Assembly: GCA_021736975.1 (NCBI GenBank)
Contig: JAIPET010000004.1
Coordinates: 2,008 to 66,007 of the forward strand
DNA length: 64,000 bases
Origin: Candidatus Woesearchaeota archaeon
Lineage (GTDB): Archaea; Nanobdellota; Nanobdellia; Woesearchaeales; 21-14-0-10-32-9
Direction of reading: 5' to 3'
Under the pieces are notes generated by a model. That model was not told the origin of the DNA and made no database searches. It saw nothing but the letters and a program-made list of their open reading frames with translations. Position numbers and translations under genes: made by a program. Shown here piece after piece: positions 51,483 to 62,346 of the stretch (the stretch's first letter is position 1; each line of letters starts with the position of its first letter).

Positions 51483-52229
51483 TTGACTAATACTAGCGAT
51501 AGCTATGTGGAAAATGATGAAAAAAACATACTCGAATTAGTTCAAACTTTAAAACAACAAACAAACAAACCAGAAATAAAACAAATATATGAAATACTAG
51601 AAAAAGCGAAAAAAACAGAAGAAATAGCAAAAAAAACAAACCTAAGCAAAAGAAGAATACAACAAATAATAAAAAAACAAACAGGAAAAACACCGAATCA
51701 AATAAGACAAGAAATAATACACTTAAAACAAAAAAATCTAAAACAAACCAAAAAAATATCTAGCTTAAAACAAATAAGAACAAAAAAATACATTTCAGAA
51801 AGTGAAATAGAAAACATTCTAAACAAAACAAAAAATAAAACAAACCTAACAATAATTCAAACAATTCTAGAAACAGGCTGCACACTAGACGAAATAACAA
51901 ACATAAAAAAAACAGATTTATTTGACAACCAACTAAACATAAATGGACGAATAATAACAATAACAAAACAACTAAAAAAAAACCTGAACAAAATACAAAC
52001 AAAATCAAAATACATATTCTCATCAAGACAATCAGAACAAATAAGCAAAAAAAGAATTTTTCAAATTATAAAGAAAGAAACAAATCAAAACGCACAAATT
52101 CTAAGAAATACCTGCATCGTAAACTTACTTCAAAAAGGAATTTCTAAAGAAAAAATAGTGAAAAAAACAGGCATCAAAAATCTGAGCCTGAGTACATACG
52201 GCATAGGAGAAAAAATAAACCATGACTAG
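51483..52229 (+). CDS. HTH plus degenerate tyrosine-recombinase (Xer-like) domain protein
   Basis: LETGCTLDEITNIK (catalytic R absent), YIFSSRQ, AQILRNT (HxLRH degenerate); start uncertain. Confidence 0.7.
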   Translation: MTNTSDSYVENDEKNILELVQTLKQQTNKPEIKQIYEILEKAKKTEEIAKKTNLSKRRIQQIIKKQTGKTPNQIRQEIIHLKQKNLKQTKKISSLKQIRTKKYISESEIENILNKTKNKTNLTIIQTILETGCTLDEITNIKKTDLFDNQLNINGRIITITKQLKKNLNKIQTKSKYIFSSRQSEQISKKRIFQIIKKETNQNAQILRNTCIVNLLQKGISKEKIVKKTGIKNLSLSTYGIGEKINHD

Positions 52230-55200
52230 ATTAAAGAATAAACCGGAAAGTGTACTCTTTAAAATAGTTTTAATTACGATTATGCTAATATTACTAACAT
52301 CCAATGCAACCGCTGATTGGTGGAATCCTGCATGGGAAGAAAGGATAAATCTAAGTATGAACTACACAGGAAATAACCAAACAAATTTCCCAATAGCTGT
52401 GCATCTAAATCAAACCATAATAAACTACAATAAAACAATGGCAAATGGACAAGACATAAGAATGATAGATTGTCAAACAAACCAATCACTAAACTACGAA
52501 ATAGAACTATGGAACAACACAGGAGACTCACTAATATGGGTAAACATACCAACAATAAGTCCAAATAGCTGCATATGGCTATACTACAATAACTCACAAG
52601 CAACAACAAATCAAAGCGCGGCAAATACTTGGAACAGCAATTACGACATAGTATATCACATGACAAATACAGGAATTGACGTATCAGGAAACAACATAAA
52701 CTACAACGGACTAATTGGATCCCCACAAACAACAAAAGAATTTTTAGGATACGGACAAACATTTGACGGCACTAATGCATGGAACATGAAAGACGTATCA
52801 TACTGGGAAATAGAATGGTATGTACGAGCACATGAAGTCGTATTTAAAACTACAAATGACATAACAACAAAACAAACACTACTCGGAGAAGGAGGGGGAA
52901 CAAACGGAGTACTAATGTACATAGACTCAGGAAACTTATACGCAAGATGGTGGAGCGAAACAGCACCAGCCTGGGCAGGAGATCAAATACTCGCGCCAAT
53001 AGAAGAAAATAAAACATATTATGCAATAATGACATTTGCAGAAGATACAGCACCAAACAATTACTCCCTAATACTAAATGGAGTAACGATAGATTCAAGA
53101 GTAACACCTGATGAAATGGACCCCCACACAGGAGATGGAGGCATAGCATACACAGGAACAAATACAAAAGATTACCATGATGGAAATAGTGGAGGAAATT
53201 ACTTTAAAGGAACCATATATGAATTTAGAACAACAAACTCAATATATGACGAAGACTGGTACGCACTACAAAACAAATCAATATTTAACAATTTAATAAA
53301 TTACAACATAGAATCAGGACAAGCAAACTTTAACACAATAAACATAAGCGACACAACATTAAATTATAACCAAACCATAAACATAACCGCGAACATAACA
53401 AGCACAGAGCAAATAAATAAAACATGGCTAGAAATAATAATGCCAGACACCACCAAAATAACAAAATTCCTAACAAAAATATCTCAAGATACATATGAAC
53501 TAATAATACAACTAACAAACCCAGGAATCTACACACTAGAATTATTTGCAAATAATTCACAAGGAAATAATTACTCAACAACATTACAAAATATTGAATT
53601 ATACAACAACATAAAAATAACAAACATCTCAACAACAAACACAAGCATAGACCTAGGAAACAGCGTAAAAATAAATTGCACAATAATAAATAACGATACG
53701 AACTCACCACTAGAAAATTATACAGTTACATATACAAGTAATCAAACAGGATTCTTAGAAAATAAAACAACAAACAATAATGGCATAGCCCAATATACAT
53801 TCATAGACAATACTCTAGGAATAGAAGAAATAACTTGCCATATTAACAATTCACAAGGAAAATATCTAAATACAATAAATCCAAGCAGCATGCAAACAAC
53901 AATAATAACAATACAACCATCAGACTTGACAATATATAATGTGACGCATACAGAATTAGAAGGAATATATCAAAACATAAAAATAAATACAAATATAAAA
54001 ACAGCATTTAATATAACTTATGCAAAAATAAACATAACATTGCCAAATAATGAAATAAAAACAATAAATATGACGCACATAACAGGAGAACTATACGAAG
54101 CAAATTATAACGATACAAAAATAACAGGAAATTATAAATTTAAAATATATGCACAAGACGAAGAACCAAGCACAGACATAAGTCCGGAATTTTCATTTGA
54201 CATAGAAGTTAATTCAAACATAGAAATATATACTGATAAAGAAGCATATGCAAAAAACGAAATAATATTATTATCCTCAAACCCATTAAACTGGTGGGAT
54301 ATAAATTGGAATAATAGAAAAGAAATCACACTAACAGAAAACTCAAATGAAAACCTATACGAATACCAAGTGCCAATAAATGTAAATACGCAAGAACTAA
54401 TAACGCAAGGAAAATTAAGTTCAGATTGCTCAGATATAAGAATGATAAGCATAGATAATGAAGAATTAGATTTCTTTTACGAAGAATACGGACCAAATAA
54501 ATGCAACACAACGCAAACTACAATTTGGACAAAAATGCCAATAATGCTAGCAAATGAAGAAACAACAATATACATATATTATAACAACATAGGTATAGAA
54601 AAAACAAGCAACATATCAAACACATTTAGCTACAATGCGCCAAGAACCATAGGCTATGTACTAAGCGATGTATTAGCCGCTCAAAGTTTATCAGTAATAA
54701 GTTTAGAAGATGATAACGAAGTGCAAGTAAATGCAACAACAAAACAACTAAATAAACAAAACACAACAACATTTCCTGCGAGCTCAATAAACACTCAAAT
54801 AAAAGCTAAAAAAGCAGTACACATAACAAGTCAAGGAGATGGAACTGACATTATAAGTCCAATAAGTCATGCAGGAACAAACTTTTACTATAGATCCGAC
54901 AGATATACAAACAGATTTGCCATGATATCTCCATTTGGAAATGCAAATGTAACAATATATTCATCAGGAACAAAAGTATGGAATGGAATAATAAATGAAA
55001 ATGGATCCGTAATAAATCAAGACATAGTAGATGGAAACACAGTAAAAATAAATTCTACACTCCCTATATTAGTCCAACATATAAGTGATAGCGGAAGCGC
55101 AGATACAGATTCACAACTATTCTACCCTGCAACAACAGACCCACTATACGGCGTGCCAACAAATTATTTACAAATAGGATCCGGTGCAAATGGAGCATAC

Positions 55201-57639
55201 ACAATATTTGCAATAAGTGATGGAACAACAGGAAGCGCGAGCATGACAAATAATCAAAATTATGAATCCGCATCATTAGGAACACAAGGAACTGCACCTG
55301 CATACAAACTAACATCAAATAAACCAATAGGAGCAAATAGTCAAGCAGATTCAGATGGAGTAGAAACAAACACGTTTTGGCCATACAAAGAACTAGGATA
55401 CACCTTTGGAGCAAATGAAATAGTGCAATACATAGCAATAGCTGCACCAGAACCAAACACAACCTGCACAGTATATAACTCTGCAGGAACACAAGTAGAC
55501 CAAAAAACAGGAGGACAAAGAACAGATATAAATAAAATAATATTTGGACTCGTAACAACAGGAGATCACACATGGCAAAATGCAGGATGGCTAATGGAAT
55601 GTAATAAACCAGTATACGCACACTACGAAAAAGAATCAGGCGCATCAAGCGAACCAACAGATGAAACACAACTAATGAGCCACAAACAAATAAGACAATA
55701 TATATACCCCGAACCAACATACACAATCAATACAGAAAAATCCCCTATAATAACAGGACTGCTAAATAATACAGGCGAAACAAACATAACAGGATATTTA
55801 ATTTTAACAATAGAAAAATATGAAAATGAAACTTGGAACACAATATACACCGTATTAAATAACAGTCAAAGCCAAACAAAAACAACACTAGAACCAACAC
55901 AAACAATAGATATTGCAAGCTACTGGAATAGCCAAAATGGATGGAACTCCACAGAAAATCAAGGAACAAACTTTAGAGCCGCGGCATACCTAGTAAACTT
56001 AGATCAAAAAATATTAACAAACCAAAATACATCTCAAATATTAGCAACCCATAATTTCAAACTTGACAAAGATCCGCCAATAATAACACTAATATCGCCA
56101 AATAATAAAACAGGAGATAATGATGGAATATTCCAAATAAAATACTCTGTGAGCGACAATAGCGAAATAAATTTATGCGAAATATATCTGAACTCAGGAT
56201 TATACAGTTCCAGAAACACAATAACTAAAGATTCAACAATAGTAAAAAACACAAATCTAAATCCTGGAAAATACTCATGGTTTGTAAGTTGCATTGACGA
56301 AGCAGAAAACATAGGATACAGCGAAACAAGAAGTATAACTGTATTAAAAACAACAAATTATGACGGAGAAACAACAGATTTAACAAATGCAGATATAACA
56401 AACATACCTAATTTTAAAATCCACAAATCAGGTATTGGAAAAATAATATTCCAAGAAAATGTAGACTTAAGCCAAGGAGGCGACTTAAACAATCTAATAC
56501 AAATACAAAATAATAAAATAACAATAAATACCAATTCATTCCCACAACTAAACAAATCCGCGACACTAACACTATATGATTTAAACTTGCAAAACCCAAT
56601 AATATTAAGAGATGGGATTGCTTGTGATGATTGCACAATAAATACTTATGCGTCAAATAATTTAGAATTCGCAGTACCTCATTTCACTTCGTACTCTGCT
56701 ACAGAAAATTCAGAATTAATAATTTGGGATGATACAGATACAAAAAGAAAAACAGAAAATGAAAAAATATATTTTTATGCAAATTACACAAACAGAACAA
56801 GCAGTCAACCAATAACAGGAATAATATGCACAATAAATGTTAACGGAACATCAGATTCAATGACTTACAATGCAGGAACATACACATATAACAAAACATT
56901 TACACAAGCAAATATATACAACTACACAATTAACTGTGATGGATCACCTCAAGGCTATTCAGAATTAAATGCGACAGATTATGCTAGCATAAATGCTATG
57001 AATGGCCCACTAGGTGCAAATGTAACAACAATAAACTCAGAAAGATATAATATAACAACAACCACAACCCAAATATTGTCCCAAGCAGCAAATGTTACAA
57101 AACTAACCATAAATGCGAGCGCAGTAACAAGTTCATGGCAAGGATACTTCGGAAATATCACAGGAAAACTAAAACTTGAAAATTCAAACGGAGAAACATT
57201 TTATGATTGGAATCTAATAAATCCAAGTGGAGAAATATATGCAACAAGAGCATTTGATGTAAACTTTGCAACAATAAATTGTGCAGACATAACAGACATA
57301 ACAAATGAAGAAAATTTCTTAAATCAAGATCCAAGTAATAGCGACTCAGTAACAAATACATACCATAAAAATAACCATCCCGAATTTTATGTAGGACAAA
57401 AACAAATATTGCAAAATGCTTGCAAAAGTACAAATATAAAAATAAACAATCAAACACAAGAAGTAAACTCGCACCAAATACTATTAAGCGATGCAGCAAA
57501 TAACATAATTTATACATCAACAATAAACACGACAGCCGCATTTAATAACAACACATTTGATTTCCAATTAATAGTCGGAGAACCGGGAAAATATGATCAA
57601 ACAACAACCCCATATTATTTCTTCATAGAAATAAATTAA
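52222..57639 (+). CDS. Giant secreted surface protein (2x DUF2341, LamG-like, IgGFc-binding-like, Ig-like, conserved C-terminal domain)
   Basis: Signal peptide ending ATA; WWNPAW...DIR...YEIE and WWDINW...DIR units; PPIITLISP; HFTSY; WQGYFGNITG...YYFFIEI; many NxT sequons. Confidence 0.85.
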   Translation: MTRLKNKPESVLFKIVLITIMLILLTSNATADWWNPAWEERINLSMNYTGNNQTNFPIAVHLNQTIINYNKTMANGQDIRMIDCQTNQSLNYEIELWNNTGDSLIWVNIPTISPNSCIWLYYNNSQATTNQSAANTWNSNYDIVYHMTNTGIDVSGNNINYNGLIGSPQTTKEFLGYGQTFDGTNAWNMKDVSYWEIEWYVRAHEVVFKTTNDITTKQTLLGEGGGTNGVLMYIDSGNLYARWWSETAPAWAGDQILAPIEENKTYYAIMTFAEDTAPNNYSLILNGVTIDSRVTPDEMDPHTGDGGIAYTGTNTKDYHDGNSGGNYFKGTIYEFRTTNSIYDEDWYALQNKSIFNNLINYNIESGQANFNTINISDTTLNYNQTINITANITSTEQINKTWLEIIMPDTTKITKFLTKISQDTYELIIQLTNPGIYTLELFANNSQGNNYSTTLQNIELYNNIKITNISTTNTSIDLGNSVKINCTIINNDTNSPLENYTVTYTSNQTGFLENKTTNNNGIAQYTFIDNTLGIEEITCHINNSQGKYLNTINPSSMQTTIITIQPSDLTIYNVTHTELEGIYQNIKINTNIKTAFNITYAKINITLPNNEIKTINMTHITGELYEANYNDTKITGNYKFKIYAQDEEPSTDISPEFSFDIEVNSNIEIYTDKEAYAKNEIILLSSNPLNWWDINWNNRKEITLTENSNENLYEYQVPINVNTQELITQGKLSSDCSDIRMISIDNEELDFFYEEYGPNKCNTTQTTIWTKMPIMLANEETTIYIYYNNIGIEKTSNISNTFSYNAPRTIGYVLSDVLAAQSLSVISLEDDNEVQVNATTKQLNKQNTTTFPASSINTQIKAKKAVHITSQGDGTDIISPISHAGTNFYYRSDRYTNRFAMISPFGNANVTIYSSGTKVWNGIINENGSVINQDIVDGNTVKINSTLPILVQHISDSGSADTDSQLFYPATTDPLYGVPTNYLQIGSGANGAYTIFAISDGTTGSASMTNNQNYESASLGTQGTAPAYKLTSNKPIGANSQADSDGVETNTFWPYKELGYTFGANEIVQYIAIAAPEPNTTCTVYNSAGTQVDQKTGGQRTDINKIIFGLVTTGDHTWQNAGWLMECNKPVYAHYEKESGASSEPTDETQLMSHKQIRQYIYPEPTYTINTEKSPIITGLLNNTGETNITGYLILTIEKYENETWNTIYTVLNNSQSQTKTTLEPTQTIDIASYWNSQNGWNSTENQGTNFRAAAYLVNLDQKILTNQNTSQILATHNFKLDKDPPIITLISPNNKTGDNDGIFQIKYSVSDNSEINLCEIYLNSGLYSSRNTITKDSTIVKNTNLNPGKYSWFVSCIDEAENIGYSETRSITVLKTTNYDGETTDLTNADITNIPNFKIHKSGIGKIIFQENVDLSQGGDLNNLIQIQNNKITINTNSFPQLNKSATLTLYDLNLQNPIILRDGIACDDCTINTYASNNLEFAVPHFTSYSATENSELIIWDDTDTKRKTENEKIYFYANYTNRTSSQPITGIICTINVNGTSDSMTYNAGTYTYNKTFTQANIYNYTINCDGSPQGYSELNATDYASINAMNGPLGANVTTINSERYNITTTTTQILSQAANVTKLTINASAVTSSWQGYFGNITGKLKLENSNGETFYDWNLINPSGEIYATRAFDVNFATINCADITDITNEENFLNQDPSNSDSVTNTYHKNNHPEFYVGQKQILQNACKSTNIKINNQTQEVNSHQILLSDAANNIIYTSTINTTAAFNNNTFDFQLIVGEPGKYDQTTTPYYFFIEIN

Positions 57640-57870
57640 AACTTTGAAAATTTAATATATTTAAATTGTACAAATAACTTTCTTAAGAACCCTTAAATAT
57701 TAAGAAAAGAACAATTTAATATATTGAAAAATAATACAATCATAATAAATATAAATTACTTATAATAAGTTAAATTAGCTCTGTAAAGAAAAAAATGTTC
57801 ACAGCAAAAGTAAACGGAACCTGGAACCTTTACAAAATCTTAGAAGATAAAGAATAAATTTTTTTATAAT

Positions 57871-58278
57871 TTATAAATATTTTTCACATAATTCTTTTAT
57901 TATTTCTTTAATTTCTTTAAGTGCTGCTTTTGTCACATTTTCCGAAACGGGTTTCCCATAATAATTTATGCCGTTTCTGAGTTTTCTTAATCTATCAAAT
58001 TTGTTTGAAAGAATTATTTCTCCTTTTTCAAGTAAATAATCAGTGTATGCTTCATGAGAATAAATTTTATATCCTTCACTTAAAGCTATAGCTTCCAATA
58101 TTTGACGCAAGGATTCGTATGCTTGACTTAAAATGATTGAAGCAGAATTTTTATCAAGATGGATTTTTTGAACGACCAGAAAATTATTTTTTGACATTTT
58201 TTGAAGAGCTAAAACTTTTTGTGTGTCTGGAATACTCTTTACTACTTTTTTATTTTTAATATACTCCTTAAAACCCAT
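57871..58278 (-). CDS. HEPN-domain toxin
   Basis: AYESLRQ, SHEA, RKLRNGINYYG (Rx4Y). Confidence 0.82.
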   Translation of the reverse strand: MGFKEYIKNKKVVKSIPDTQKVLALQKMSKNNFLVVQKIHLDKNSASIILSQAYESLRQILEAIALSEGYKIYSHEAYTDYLLEKGEIILSNKFDRLRKLRNGINYYGKPVSENVTKAALKEIKEIIKELCEKYL

Positions 58279-58793
58279 TATTTAACCTCTATAAATCCTG
58301 ATAATTTAACTCCATTTATTATGTTGTTAAAAAGTTCTTTGTTTAAATTTTCGAATTCTTTTCGGTTAAAAACAAATAATTGAATTTCTCTACCTAAAAA
58401 TTTCTCAAATTTTTTCAAAGAAACCTCCTTTTTATCATCAGTGATGATGCACAAATCTATATCGCTGTTCTCATTAAAATCCCCTTTAGTAATCGATCCA
58501 AATAAAATTATTGCAGGATATGCATATTTATCTTCTAAAAAATCAATTAGATTTGATTCCAGAATAAATTCAATGAAATAACTAATTTTTCTATGTCTTG
58601 CTTTTTTATTATTTGCATATGAAACAAATTTTTTTTCATCCTTAACAACATCAACAAGATTATTGGCTTTAAGTTCATTCACAGTAGTTATTATTGTATT
58701 TGGATGTAGGTTCGTATTCCTTGCTAATTCTCGTATGTGCATAGGTTCTTTATTTAATAATGTCTTTAATACTATTTCTTCATTATTCCTCAT
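58278..58793 (-). CDS. HTH-MNT nucleotidyltransferase antitoxin
   Basis: HIRELAR HTH; LFGSITKGD..ENSDIDL; start taken at ATG 58793. Confidence 0.88.
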   Translation of the reverse strand: MRNNEEIVLKTLLNKEPMHIRELARNTNLHPNTIITTVNELKANNLVDVVKDEKKFVSYANNKKARHRKISYFIEFILESNLIDFLEDKYAYPAIILFGSITKGDFNENSDIDLCIITDDKKEVSLKKFEKFLGREIQLFVFNRKEFENLNKELFNNIINGVKLSGFIEVK

Positions 58794-58885
58794 GATGTTT
58801 GTATAAATATTTGTATATATAAATATTTTGTCTATTTTATTGTACAAGTGTATAAAATATTGTACGCGTTTTTATTTCGATACAT

Positions 58886-59135
58886 CTAGCACATAATTTT
58901 TCTAATTCTTAAATCCGTGTATACACTAAGGTGGTCGCATAATTTTTCAGATAATTCATCCATGAAACCATCTACGTCTTCTGAGTTTATATGCCTTTTA
59001 AATACAAATCATAAAAACCGAATAATATGATTTCGTTCGCCCTATTTGAATGTCAGAAACGCATATTTTTTATTAGGATCTTTATTTTCGTCAATTTTTA
59101 TATTCCTGAAAGTGTTTTTTTGTTACCATAAGCAT
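58886..59135 (-). pseudogene. Frameshifted remnant, possibly an Lrp/AsnC ligand-binding domain
   Basis: Fragments EIILFGFYDLYLKG and NSEDVDGFMDELSEKL...RIRKIMC* in different frames. Confidence 0.35.
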
Positions 59136-59264
59136 AAAAAAATTTCTTTATACAAATACCCTCCATCAACAGACATCAAGAAATACTACGATTAAAAAAT
59201 AAAACCCACAAATACATTTGCAAATACAGAAACAATTAAAAACAACTACATAAACTAAACAGTA

Positions 59265-61247
59265 ATGACCTTAAAAACAGAGAAAATTTCAGAAATAACC
59301 AAATTCAAAGAATTCAAACTTGACAGATTTCAAATAGAAGCAATTCAATCAATTGAGAAAAATAATTCTGTAGTTGTTTCTGCTGCAACCGGAACAGGAA
59401 AAACACTAATAGCAGACTACATCATAGACAAATGCCTAAAAGAAAAACAAAAAGTCATCTATACAGCACCAATAAAAGCACTATCTAATCAAAAATATAG
59501 AGATTTTAAAAAACAATACGGAGAAGAAAACGTAGGAATACTAACAGGAGACATAACAATAAACCCAGAAGCGCCAATAAAAATAATGACAACAGAAATA
59601 TACAGAAATATGCTATTAGCAAACGACCCAGAAACAGAAGAATTACCCTACGTAATATTTGATGAAATACACTTTTTAGGAGACATCGAGCGAGGAACAG
59701 TATGGGAAGAATCAATAATATTTAGCCACGAAAACACAAGATTCCTATGCTTATCAGCAACAATACCAAATGCAAGACAATTCGCAAACTGGATACAACA
59801 CATAAAAAAACACAATGTAGATGTCGTGACAGAAAAAAAGCGAGCAGTTCCCTTAAAACACATGTTCTTTGATGATGAAAAAGGATTTGCAACACTCCAA
59901 GACATAGAAGAATGGAAAAAACTAGACAAATACCCAAAATACAATAAAGCATTCAATAATAAAAAAAGATACTTAGACGACTTAAGAAAAAGAAAAAAGA
60001 AAGGATACTTAGAACTACTTCATGACCTAGAAAAAGACAACCAATTACCATGCATATACTTTTGTTTTTCAAGACAACTAACACAAAAAAAAGCAGAACT
60101 CCTAAAAACTAAAAAAAATTATTTGAACGCACAAGAAACAAGTAAAGTAGGACAAATAATAAGAGACACAATGAATACTGCTGATGAAGCAGTAAAACGA
60201 CTAGAAACAACAAAAATATTAAGAGAATGCCTAAAAAACGGAATAGGATTTCACCACGCAGGAATATTACCAACACTAAAAGAATTAGTAGAAGAACTAT
60301 TCGCACAAGGATTAATAAAAGTATTATTTGCAACAGAAACATTCGCTGTAGGAATAAACATGCCTGCAAAAACAGTATGCTTTGATTCTCTTGAAAAATT
60401 CGACGGAATACAATTTAGATACTTAAATTCAAAAGAATACTTTCAACTAGCAGGACGAGCAGGACGAAGAGGAATAGACAAAGAAGGATTTGCAATAAGT
60501 GTCATAGATAGACAATTCATGGACATAAAAAAAGTAGCAAACATAACTGAATCAGATTCAGAACCACTACTAAGTCAATTTAGATTAAGTTTTAACACAG
60601 TACTAAACATGGTACACTCACACAGCGAAGAAGAAATAGCAATTATACTACAATCATCACTATTTAGCTACCAAGAAACAGGAAGACAAAGCAGCCAAAG
60701 AGTAGTAAATAGCTTTAACAAAAAGAAAAAAAAACTATACCAATTAGGCTACATAATAAAAGGATTAAATGGAGATGAACTATCAGAAAAAGGACTCTTT
60801 GCAATGAGAATATATACTATGGAACTATTAACAACAGAAATATTTTGTTCATCACTAACACCGAACTTAACAAACATAGAAATTCTCCTAATAGTAGGAA
60901 GAATAATGTATGAAGAAAGAAAAAATATCAAATTCAAAGGAAGAGATAAATCCGTATCAAACAGAATATACAAAAAAATGTTGAATTACAATTATCCACT
61001 ACAATTTTTCAGAGAAAATCCTTTATTCACACTAGAACCATTCTTAAAAGAATGGTTTGAAGGATGCAAATTCGAAGAACTAATGAACCTAACAACAATG
61101 CCCGAAGGAGACATAGTAAGATTCATAAGACAAATCCTAGACATGCTACAACAAATACAACATGCAACACTAAACAAAGAATTAAAAGATAAAGTTGTAG
61201 AAATACAAAAAACAATAGATAGAGATGTAATAGCAATAAGATTCTAA
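59265..61247 (+). CDS. Ski2/HelY-like DExH RNA helicase with DSHCT domain
   Basis: ATGTGKT, PIKALSNQKY, DEIH, LSAT, FHHAG, ATETFAVGINMPA, QLAGRAGRRG, EGDIVR. Confidence 0.94.
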   Translation: MTLKTEKISEITKFKEFKLDRFQIEAIQSIEKNNSVVVSAATGTGKTLIADYIIDKCLKEKQKVIYTAPIKALSNQKYRDFKKQYGEENVGILTGDITINPEAPIKIMTTEIYRNMLLANDPETEELPYVIFDEIHFLGDIERGTVWEESIIFSHENTRFLCLSATIPNARQFANWIQHIKKHNVDVVTEKKRAVPLKHMFFDDEKGFATLQDIEEWKKLDKYPKYNKAFNNKKRYLDDLRKRKKKGYLELLHDLEKDNQLPCIYFCFSRQLTQKKAELLKTKKNYLNAQETSKVGQIIRDTMNTADEAVKRLETTKILRECLKNGIGFHHAGILPTLKELVEELFAQGLIKVLFATETFAVGINMPAKTVCFDSLEKFDGIQFRYLNSKEYFQLAGRAGRRGIDKEGFAISVIDRQFMDIKKVANITESDSEPLLSQFRLSFNTVLNMVHSHSEEEIAIILQSSLFSYQETGRQSSQRVVNSFNKKKKKLYQLGYIIKGLNGDELSEKGLFAMRIYTMELLTTEIFCSSLTPNLTNIEILLIVGRIMYEERKNIKFKGRDKSVSNRIYKKMLNYNYPLQFFRENPLFTLEPFLKEWFEGCKFEELMNLTTMPEGDIVRFIRQILDMLQQIQHATLNKELKDKVVEIQKTIDRDVIAIRF

Positions 61248-61300
61248 AATCTTCACTTTTGAATAGCAATATTTAAAAAAGATCATTAAAATACACATTT

Positions 61301-61951
61301 ATGTTACTAGGAAATAAAGCACAACAAATAAAAGAATATTTATCAAATTATCCAGAAGAATTAAAAGACAAAAGACAAAAAAAATTAGAACAACTTCTAT
61401 TAATATTTAAACAATATCAATTTGAATTTTTAAAAAATAATTACAACATACCAGGAATGCCAGAAAATGAAACACATATGTACTTATGGCTTAACTTAAT
61501 ACCAGATTTAAACAACAAAATAAATTTAATAGAAACTATAAAACAAAAAAATCCTAAAATAAAAAAAACAATAAAAATTTTAGAAGACACATATATTTTA
61601 ATGAAATATACAACTAGAAAATATATTAAAACAACAAAAGAATATTCAAAAATAAAATCAGTAAAAATACGTCAAAACATACTAGATTTAACCCCTTTTA
61701 ATAATTATAATGAATCAGATAAAACAATATCATTACACCACATAATAACAAAAGAAAATGAAATAAACAAAAATGAAGAAAAAACAGAATTTTACTATCT
61801 GAAAAATAACAAACAAACAACAATAACTCTAGAAAAACCAATAAACATAAAAGATAATAAAGATTCAGCAATAATACTGATAAATGAACTAAATAACTTA
61901 GTAAAAAAAGAAATAGGACTATTTTACAAATTTGATAAAATAAATATTTAA
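61301..61951 (+). CDS. Hypothetical protein
   Basis: 216-aa ORF with TATA-like box upstream. Confidence 0.55.
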   Translation: MLLGNKAQQIKEYLSNYPEELKDKRQKKLEQLLLIFKQYQFEFLKNNYNIPGMPENETHMYLWLNLIPDLNNKINLIETIKQKNPKIKKTIKILEDTYILMKYTTRKYIKTTKEYSKIKSVKIRQNILDLTPFNNYNESDKTISLHHIITKENEINKNEEKTEFYYLKNNKQTTITLEKPINIKDNKDSAIILINELNNLVKKEIGLFYKFDKINI

Positions 61952-61988
61952 AAAAAATTATTTTAAAAAATCAGTAATTTTTCTTAAT

Positions 61989-62280
61989 CAATAATGAAAA
62001 TACCTGCTCCGAGTCTGCTCATAAATAATATTTTCTGGCACACAAAAACCAAAAGTTTTTTCGTGTATCTTAACCATAAATGCAAAGACAAAAAATAAAT
62101 CAAAGATTTATTGTGCACTAAAAAAAAATATTTTTTTACGTGAAGCGCAGCTTTCTGCATGGCAGAAACATAAAGCGTTTCTGAGCAGCACGGAGTACGA
62201 CAAAATCAAAGATTTTGTGTACAATAAATGCAAAGAATTTATTCGTATTAAACCCCATTCGCTAGCGCGCAATAAAAATA
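61989..62280. mobile_element. Structured palindromic element family C, copy 2 (expanded)
   Basis: Left 28 nt (26 identical) and right 31 nt (30 identical) shared with 33424-33616; interior is a chain of hairpins such as ACAAAATC-AAA-GATTTTGT. Confidence 0.72.
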
Positions 62281-62346
62281 ATCTAAATTTAACAAGAAAA
62301 TCTAAAAAGAAAAGATATTTAAAAATAATAAATAAAAAACAATATA

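Noticed and set aside
51483-52229. Active integrase marking a provirus
   Set aside because: Catalytic residues appear lost; no viral genes or att pair nearby.
58794-58865. 18-aa N-terminal extension of MNT / repeated TTGTATA(A)ATAT motifs as a novel repeat
   Set aside because: Best explained as the TATA box and autoregulatory operator of the HEPN-MNT pair.
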